Shown one piece after another: positions 57,586 to 64,000 of a stretch of 64,000 nt of DNA; position 1 is the first letter of the stretch; the number at the start of each line of letters is the position of its first letter. The DNA lies in NCBI GenBank assembly GCA_040756075.1, contig JBFLZX010000001.1, positions 28,787-92,786 of the forward strand, read 5' to 3'. The DNA comes from Patescibacteria group bacterium (GTDB taxonomy: Bacteria > Patescibacteriota > JABMPQ01 > JBFLZX01). Below the pieces are notes generated by a model, which saw only the letters and a program-made list of their open reading frames with translations, had not been told where the DNA came from and made no database searches. The position numbers and the translations under genes are program-made.

Positions 57586-59242
57586 TTGCGGACACGATGC
57601 AACAGCAGCCCTTATAAAAAATGAAAAAATTATAGCTGTTGTTCAGGAAGAAAGAAAAACGCGCATCAAACATCAAAATGGATTTCCCTTCTTAGCCATA
57701 AAAGAAGTATTATATATCGGTGGAATCGAAGCTAAGGATATAGATTATATTGCTTGGGCAGGAAATGATAGGCGGCTTCAATCAATAAAAGAGTTGTTTT
57801 GGGCAATAGGAGGAGATAAGTTTTATTCATATGGAGGAATAACTAAAAGGATTAAAACGGCTATAGCCGAAAATACAAAAGGAATATGGAATTTCAACGG
57901 CAATCTTAAGAAATTAAAATTAAACAAAAAGAAATCTTTCTTTTTTGAACATCATCTTTGTCATGCGTCATCGGCATACCGTAATTCGGGTTTTCAGAAA
58001 GCCCTAATTTTGACAATCGATGGCGTAGGAGATAATATTTCCGCTACAGTAAATATTGGAGATAAAGGTCTGATTAAAAGAATAGCAAAGACTAGCCCGA
58101 AACACAGTATCGGGTTGCTTTATCAAGCAGTAACCGAGGCATTAGGGTTTGTTCCTGTCGAAGGCGAATATAAAACTATGGGCCTTGCAGCTTATGGCGA
58201 TAAAATTAAACTCTACAACTATTTTAATAATATAATAAGCTATGAGAATTTAAGGTTTAAATCAAAATTTATATGGGAATCTAATTGGCAATTTCCTGCT
58301 CCTAGCATACGCCAACATATTTTATTCAAGAATTTACTCAAACAGTACAAAAAAGAAGATATAGCAGCGAGTTGTCAGGCTGTTTGCGAAGATGTAATTT
58401 ATAGATTTGTGAATGATGTTGTTAAGAAAACAGATATTCATAATATATGTGTTGCCGGCGGAGTTTTTCTTAATGTTAAAGCAAACAAAATAATTAGGGA
58501 AAAAGTCCCTCTAGATTCTTTATATATTCATCCGGATGCTGGCGATGGAGGTTTAGCTTTAGGGGCGGCTTTAGAATTATATTTTAACTTAACGGGCTCT
58601 ATGCCTAGAGACAAATTAGATAACACTTATTTTGGCAGGAGTTATGCTAATGAAGAAATAAAGAAAGAATTAGATAGAAATAATCTAAAGGTATATTATT
58701 TTGAAGATATTGAAAAAAAAGCAGCAGAATTATTAAAATCAGGAAAAGTCATAGGCTGGTTTCAGGGGAGAATGGAAATGGGCCCACGCGCCTTAGGTAA
58801 TAGGTCTGTTTTAGCAGATCCTCGTAATCCATCGGTGAAAGAAAAAATCAACAAACATCTTAAAAAACGCGATTGGTTTGTGCCATTTGCACCCTCAATT
58901 TTAGAGGAAGATAGCAATCTTTATATTAAGGAATTTAATGGGTATGCTCCTTTTATGATTATGGCGTTTGATGCTGACGTTACTAAAAAAGAGTTAATAC
59001 CAGCAGTTGTGCATGTTGATAATACGTTAAGGCCGCAGATCGTAAGAAAAGAATTCAATCTTTCGTACTGGAAGTTGATAAAGTCGTTTAAAGAGCTTAC
59101 TGGCATTGGCGTTGTATTGAATACCTCATTTAATAGGCATGGTTTACCGATGGTAGAATCTCCCAAGGATGCAGTGGAGCACTTATTGGACCGTAATATT
59201 GATACCCTAGTTATTGGGAATTATATCGTTGACAGGCCTTAA
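57566..59242 (+). CDS. O-carbamoyltransferase (NodU/CmcH/TobZ family)
   Basis: ILGINCGHDATAA, QEER, EHHLCHASSAY, IDGVG, EYKTMGLAAYG, AGGVFLN, GPRALGNRS, PFAP, HVD, LNTSFN. Confidence 0.93.
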   Translation: MYILGINCGHDATAALIKNEKIIAVVQEERKTRIKHQNGFPFLAIKEVLYIGGIEAKDIDYIAWAGNDRRLQSIKELFWAIGGDKFYSYGGITKRIKTAIAENTKGIWNFNGNLKKLKLNKKKSFFFEHHLCHASSAYRNSGFQKALILTIDGVGDNISATVNIGDKGLIKRIAKTSPKHSIGLLYQAVTEALGFVPVEGEYKTMGLAAYGDKIKLYNYFNNIISYENLRFKSKFIWESNWQFPAPSIRQHILFKNLLKQYKKEDIAASCQAVCEDVIYRFVNDVVKKTDIHNICVAGGVFLNVKANKIIREKVPLDSLYIHPDAGDGGLALGAALELYFNLTGSMPRDKLDNTYFGRSYANEEIKKELDRNNLKVYYFEDIEKKAAELLKSGKVIGWFQGRMEMGPRALGNRSVLADPRNPSVKEKINKHLKKRDWFVPFAPSILEEDSNLYIKEFNGYAPFMIMAFDADVTKKELIPAVVHVDNTLRPQIVRKEFNLSYWKLIKSFKELTGIGVVLNTSFNRHGLPMVESPKDAVEHLLDRNIDTLVIGNYIVDRP

Positions 59243-59259
59243 AAATAAAGCATGTATTA

Positions 59260-60267
59260 ATGAAAAGAAAAAGTATTTTAAAAAGATTTGGTTCACAAGA
59301 ATTAGCAGTATGTGAGCAAGTTGCAGAAAAGCCATTTATAGAGCTGCAAGGCAATAATATTATGCCTCTACCAAAAGACTTTTTTTGTCTTAGAATTGAT
59401 GCAGATGAGCATAATGAAGAATTATTCGATGAATTTTTGAGTGTCTTTGATAACTTTAAAGATGCCATAACAATTTTTTTTAATGCACATAATTTTTCTT
59501 CTCTAAAAGATAAAATTATTAAATGCGCTAATTCAGGATTAGATGTTCAATCTCATGGGTATTACCACTATACTTATAATGACTACAGAAGCAATCGATA
59601 TAATATAAATAAAGCAAAGCGGTTTTTCGAAGAGTTAGGAATTACGACTATTGGATTTGCTGCTCCTATGGGGAAATGGAATGAGAGTTTAATGTATGCC
59701 TTGGAAGATGAGGGCTATGAATATTCCTCGGACTTTAGTTATGATTATTTAGGCTTTCCGACTTATCCTAATTTAGGAAATAGAGTATCTAGTATCCTTG
59801 AAATTCCAATTTTTCCTGTTGCGCCAGAGTTATTTTTTCAAAATAATAATTTTAACTCAAGGAGAATCTTAGAATTTTATGAAAATGCTATTAAAGAAAT
59901 AAGTTCTTGTGGGCTACCGGTAATAATTTATGCTCATACAAGTAATTATAATGAAATACCTAAACTTTTAAACAGCATATTAGAATTTGCTATTCTAAAA
60001 AATAAACTAACTCCTATTAATCTAACAAATTTTTATAATTTATGGAAAAAAATTCATCCGCAGAAAATACAGATGACCAGTAGGGCGGATAAAATAAAAA
60101 TACCAAATTCAGATCTTTTAGGAGAAACGATAAACTTAGAGATAAATAGTTTTTTAAAAAACTATTTTAAAAACTTGATTGATTTTGAACGGATTACTCC
60201 CTTAGATGAAATTCAATACGGATGGTTTAAAAAAACGATAAACAAAGTATTAAGAAATTTTTTATAA
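59260..60267 (+). CDS. Polysaccharide deacetylase (CE4/NodB-like)
   Basis: LRIDAD, QSHGYYH, GFAAPMG, YEYSSDF, YAH. Confidence 0.75.
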   Translation: MKRKSILKRFGSQELAVCEQVAEKPFIELQGNNIMPLPKDFFCLRIDADEHNEELFDEFLSVFDNFKDAITIFFNAHNFSSLKDKIIKCANSGLDVQSHGYYHYTYNDYRSNRYNINKAKRFFEELGITTIGFAAPMGKWNESLMYALEDEGYEYSSDFSYDYLGFPTYPNLGNRVSSILEIPIFPVAPELFFQNNNFNSRRILEFYENAIKEISSCGLPVIIYAHTSNYNEIPKLLNSILEFAILKNKLTPINLTNFYNLWKKIHPQKIQMTSRADKIKIPNSDLLGETINLEINSFLKNYFKNLIDFERITPLDEIQYGWFKKTINKVLRNFL

Positions 60268-60286
60268 TATTATAAACGGAGGAGTT

Positions 60287-61252
60287 ATGCCTAATTTTTA
60301 TAATAAAAAAAGAGTTTTAATAACCGGTGCTGATGGTTTTATGGGCTCTCATCTTGTAGAGCGGTTACTTGCTGAAGGCGCAAAAGTATCGGTTTATGTG
60401 AGGGGAAATTCTGTCTCTGGGACAACCCAATATAACCTTAAGAATATAAAGCACTTAGAGAGGTATTTGTCTGAAATAATCACTGGTAATATTGCTACTT
60501 TAGATGCAAAAGATCTTGTAATTAAAAATAAGCCAGAAGTTATATTTCATCTTGCGGCTGATGCGTATGTGCCAAACTCATTTGACCATCCGATTGAGGT
60601 AATGGAAACAAATGTTATTGGTACATTGAATATGTTATGCGCTGTTAAAGAAGACAAGAAAATTAAACGCATTGTTTGTACTTCATCTAGTGAAATTTAT
60701 GGCATGACTTTAGGTGGTTCGATTAATGAAGAACATCCACTTTATCCATCAAGCCCCTATGCAGCAAGTAAGGTTGCTGCAGATAGATATGCCTACGCAT
60801 ATTGGAATACCTATAAGCTACCTATTGCGATTATCCGGCCATTTAATACATATGGCCCACGCCACACCTACGATGTAATACCAAAATTTATTGATTTAGC
60901 GCTAAAGAATAGAGCCATAACTGTGCATGGGAGCGGTAGTCAGTCTCGTGATTTTACATATGTCGATGATATGATAGATGCCTTTTTGATTATGGGCAGC
61001 CACGATAAAGCAATTGGCAAGGCAGTAAATTTTGGCACAGGACGCGCGGTAACTATAAATTATATTGCAAAAAAAATAAAGGACATAGCTAAATCAAACT
61101 CAAGAATAGTTCATACAGAACAAAGGCTTGCAGAGGTGCCTAAGCTTTTGTGTAATTATTCATTGGCTAATAAATTATTTGGATGGAAGCCAAAAATTTT
61201 TATTGATGAAGGGTTAAGGAGAAATGTCGAATGGGCAAAACAAAGCCAATAG
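60287..61252 (+). CDS. NDP-sugar 4,6-dehydratase/epimerase (extended SDR; RmlB/LegB-like)
   Basis: [46 protein letters not shown]; RBS GGAGGAG. Confidence 0.88.
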   Translation: MPNFYNKKRVLITGADGFMGSHLVERLLAEGAKVSVYVRGNSVSGTTQYNLKNIKHLERYLSEIITGNIATLDAKDLVIKNKPEVIFHLAADAYVPNSFDHPIEVMETNVIGTLNMLCAVKEDKKIKRIVCTSSSEIYGMTLGGSINEEHPLYPSSPYAASKVAADRYAYAYWNTYKLPIAIIRPFNTYGPRHTYDVIPKFIDLALKNRAITVHGSGSQSRDFTYVDDMIDAFLIMGSHDKAIGKAVNFGTGRAVTINYIAKKIKDIAKSNSRIVHTEQRLAEVPKLLCNYSLANKLFGWKPKIFIDEGLRRNVEWAKQSQ

Positions 61253-62787
61253 AAAAATATTTCCGTGATAAAAATGCTTTAATTTCTAAAACCGCCAAAA
61301 TAGGTGCAGGCACTAAAATTTGGGCGTTTGCGCAAATTGGAGATAATGCGCGAATTGGCAATAATTGTGTTATAGGAAATGGTGTTTATATCGATAGAAA
61401 TGTTGTAGTTGGCAATAATGTAAAAATTCATAATAGGGCATTGCTTTACGATGGCTTAGTTGTTGAAGATAACTGCTTTATTGGCCCTGGTGCATGTTTT
61501 ACAAATGATAAGCTGCCAAGACACAATACAACACGTAATTTAGCAGATAAAACTTGGCGAGTGAGAGAAGGGGCAAGCATTGGTGCAAATGCAACAGTGC
61601 TGCCAGATATAACAATTGGGAAAAATGCTGTTATTGGTGCGGGCTCAGTAGTTACAAAAGATGTGCCTGATAATGCGACTGTTTATGGAAATCCCTCTAA
61701 AATAATTAAAATCCATAAAAATAACCAAGTAAGTTCAGGAGAAAGTTTAAAATTAGTTTGCAATTGGATTATAAATTCTGGCCTGCAGGCAAAAAATGGT
61801 GGTTTTTACGCGTGGCTTGACCTAAATGCAAATGCATATTCGTATATTTATTCAGAAATAACCGGCTATGGTATTACGACTCTGCTTTTTTTGAATGAAC
61901 TAAAAAAAGCAGAATTAGCCGCTGATTGGATTATTAAAAAATCAATACAGCCTTGTGGGGGGGTTAGAACAGGTAAGGGTGAGTTTGATAATTTATTTAC
62001 CTTTGATACTGGAATGGTCTTGTATGGCTTAATAAATTTATTTAAAGCCGCTAAAAAGCAAGAATATCTTAATATCTCAAAAAAAATTGCTGATTTTTTA
62101 TTAGCGAATCAGAGAAGTAATGGTTCACTTGCCCCGATTTATTCGTTAAAAACAAATAAAACAATTGAAACACTTGATAAATGGTCAACTCAAAGTGGTA
62201 CATATCATGCAAAAGTAGCTTTAGGGTTAGTCGATCTATTTAGAATTACAAAAAACGATATTTACAAAAATGCGGCAATAAAGCTCTGTAAATTTACCTT
62301 AACTTTGCAAGATAAATCAGGCAGGTTCATCACAAATAAAAAAGATAATACCACTCATATTCATCCGCATTCTTATGCGGCAGAAGGTTTACTATACACC
62401 GGGGCAATTTTAAAAATTAAAGAATTTGTCGCTGCGGCAAAAAAATCTGTTGAGTGGTCATTTAAAAATTTATCCGGTTATGGTATAAATGAGCTTTATA
62501 ATCCGTTTTCGAATACTTTTAATGATTTTCAAAGAAGCGATATCCTCGCGCAAGTATTAAGATTGGGAATTATCTTTTCTTTAGATTCAAAAAAAATAGA
62601 AGAATTGGCATCTTTATTACTTGCTTATCAATATAATGGCCAAAATAAGCAGAAAGGCGGCTTTTTTTATTCAAAGAATGACTTACACTTAAATTCTTGG
62701 TGCTCAATGTTTGCTTTACAAGCATTAGCGCTATACCAAAATAAAAAATTAATCGGCAAAAATGGCAAAGTTGAACTGTTTATCTGA
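61231..62787 (+). CDS. Fusion: hexapeptide-repeat N-acetyltransferase (WbpD/WlbB-like) + (alpha/alpha)-barrel domain of unknown function
   Basis: [52 protein letters not shown]; then [50 protein letters not shown]. Confidence 0.8.
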   Translation: MGKTKPIEKYFRDKNALISKTAKIGAGTKIWAFAQIGDNARIGNNCVIGNGVYIDRNVVVGNNVKIHNRALLYDGLVVEDNCFIGPGACFTNDKLPRHNTTRNLADKTWRVREGASIGANATVLPDITIGKNAVIGAGSVVTKDVPDNATVYGNPSKIIKIHKNNQVSSGESLKLVCNWIINSGLQAKNGGFYAWLDLNANAYSYIYSEITGYGITTLLFLNELKKAELAADWIIKKSIQPCGGVRTGKGEFDNLFTFDTGMVLYGLINLFKAAKKQEYLNISKKIADFLLANQRSNGSLAPIYSLKTNKTIETLDKWSTQSGTYHAKVALGLVDLFRITKNDIYKNAAIKLCKFTLTLQDKSGRFITNKKDNTTHIHPHSYAAEGLLYTGAILKIKEFVAAAKKSVEWSFKNLSGYGINELYNPFSNTFNDFQRSDILAQVLRLGIIFSLDSKKIEELASLLLAYQYNGQNKQKGGFFYSKNDLHLNSWCSMFALQALALYQNKKLIGKNGKVELFI

Positions 62788-63898
62788 AAAAAAACTAGGG
62801 TTTGTTTTTGGCACGCGGCCGGAGATTATAAAACTAAGCCCCATAATTAAACTCTGTCAAAAAATAAAAATTCCATTCTTCTGTATTCATACAGGCCAAC
62901 ATTACTCTCATGAGATGGATAAAATATTTTTTAAAGACTTGAATTTACCGCTTCCAAAATATAGGTTGCAAATAAAATCAAGCGCGCCATTTAAGCAAGG
63001 AGAGCATACTGGCAGGATGTTGATTGAACTTGAGAAAATTCTATTAAAAGAAATGCCTTATTGTATATTAATCCAAGGCGATACAAATACGGTTTTAGCA
63101 GCTGCTCTGACTGCAGAGAAAATATCAACCACTGAAAGCTATACAGGTTTTCATATAAGAATAGCCCATGTAGAAGCCGGCCTAAGAAGCTATGACAGAA
63201 GCATGCCCGAAGAAACAAATCGGTTTATTACTGACCATCTTTCAGACTTTTTATTTACGCCTACCAATAATGAAAAAGAAATTTTATTAAGAGAAGGTGT
63301 TGATAAATCAAAAATATTCACTGTTGGCAACACAATTGTTGACTCAGTGAAGAATAATATTAAATCGGCTTTATTAAAAAGCGAAATTTTAAAAACTTTG
63401 GGGCTAAAACGACATAAATATTTATTAACAACTATTCACCGTCAAGAAAATGTAGATTCAAAGGAAATATTTAGCAATATTTTATCCGGGTTAGAAAAAG
63501 TTAATGATAGTTTGAAGCTGCCTATGATTTTTCCAATTCACCCTCGTACAGCAAAGATGATGGATAAATTCAATTTGAGCTTGCCAAAGAGCATAACACC
63601 AATAGCGCCAGTTGGATTTATGGATTTTCTTTTACTTGAAAGTAACGCAGCATTAATCTTAACTGATTCGGGCGGTATTCAGGAAGAGGCGTGTATTTTA
63701 AAAGTACCATGTGTTACGTTAAGAAGTAATACTGAACGGCCAAAAACTGTAAAAGTTAAGGCAAATATGATTTCATATAACAAACCAGATAGAATATTAA
63801 GCTATGCATTAAAAATGATAAACGCTAGAAGAAAATGGAAGAATCCATTTGGCGATGGCAAAACAAGCCAGCGTATAATCGAGGCGATATTGAATTAG
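62762..63898 (+). CDS. wecB: UDP-N-acetylglucosamine 2-epimerase (non-hydrolysing; WecB/WbpI family)
   Basis: [57 protein letters not shown]. Confidence 0.92.
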   Translation: MAKLNCLSEKKLGFVFGTRPEIIKLSPIIKLCQKIKIPFFCIHTGQHYSHEMDKIFFKDLNLPLPKYRLQIKSSAPFKQGEHTGRMLIELEKILLKEMPYCILIQGDTNTVLAAALTAEKISTTESYTGFHIRIAHVEAGLRSYDRSMPEETNRFITDHLSDFLFTPTNNEKEILLREGVDKSKIFTVGNTIVDSVKNNIKSALLKSEILKTLGLKRHKYLLTTIHRQENVDSKEIFSNILSGLEKVNDSLKLPMIFPIHPRTAKMMDKFNLSLPKSITPIAPVGFMDFLLLESNAALILTDSGGIQEEACILKVPCVTLRSNTERPKTVKVKANMISYNKPDRILSYALKMINARRKWKNPFGDGKTSQRIIEAILN

Positions 63899-64000
63899 AT
63901 GAAAGTATTGTTTTATTCCTATCCTCAAGCATTTCAAAATCCTGGCGGCGGAGAAGTAATGCTTTTAAAAACAAAAGAAGCATTAGAAAAACAAGGTGTT
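63899..64000 (+). CDS. GT4 glycosyltransferase N-terminus (3'-truncated)
   Basis: ATG immediately after the wecB TAG; translates as MKVLFYSYPQAFQNPGGGEVMLLKTKEALEKQGV, a typical GT4 N-terminal GG loop. Not in the ORF track. Confidence 0.7.
   Translation, partial: MKVLFYSYPQAFQNPGGGEVMLLKTKEALEKQGV

Noticed and set aside
492-63218. About 35 short ORFs in the track on the - strand or in alternative + frames (e.g. 2579-3091, 25459-25875, 38357-38719, 44138-44527, 15694-15915)
   Set aside because: All overlap well-supported + strand genes, have no recognisable motifs, and look like antisense or shadow frames.

Overview
This AT-rich 64-kb window is the interior of one very large cell-surface glycan biosynthesis locus. 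About 57 CDSs all lie on the + strand, mostly overlapping or abutting, and are truncated at both window edges. I saw no RNA genes, mobile elements or CRISPR array. Blocks: (1) 1-16993: repeated lipid-linked glycosylation modules (polyprenyl-phosphate GT2s, five GT-C/ArnT/YfhO-type membrane transferases, tailoring enzymes), including an Arn-like amino-sugar module with a fused SDR-aminotransferase. (2) 17084-21632: a strong sigma70-type promoter overlapped by 10-bp phased direct repeats, then a sulfatase-fold/APS-kinase fusion, sat, a truncated pyruvate-kinase homolog and a small Xis/BldC-like HTH protein. (3) 21649-37608: a variant pseudaminic-acid-like pathway with two B12 radical SAM enzymes, WbqC, PIG-L, SDR/AKR and Wzx. 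(4) 37670-46728: a second, aldolase/KdsB-based ulosonic-acid module. (5) 46741-64000: GTs, methyltransferases, a divergent RtcB-family ligase coupled to a dTMP-kinase-like P-loop kinase and a flippase-like protein, a carbamoyltransferase/deacetylase pair, an acetyltransferase-(alpha/alpha)-barrel fusion and a WecB/WbpI-like epimerase. The best candidates for an undescribed system are the RtcB+kinase unit inside a glycan operon, the sulfation module with a Thr-type sulfatase fold fused to APS kinase, and the repeat-array promoter paired with the BldC/Xis-like regulator. All product calls come from motif recognition by eye; no database searches were run.
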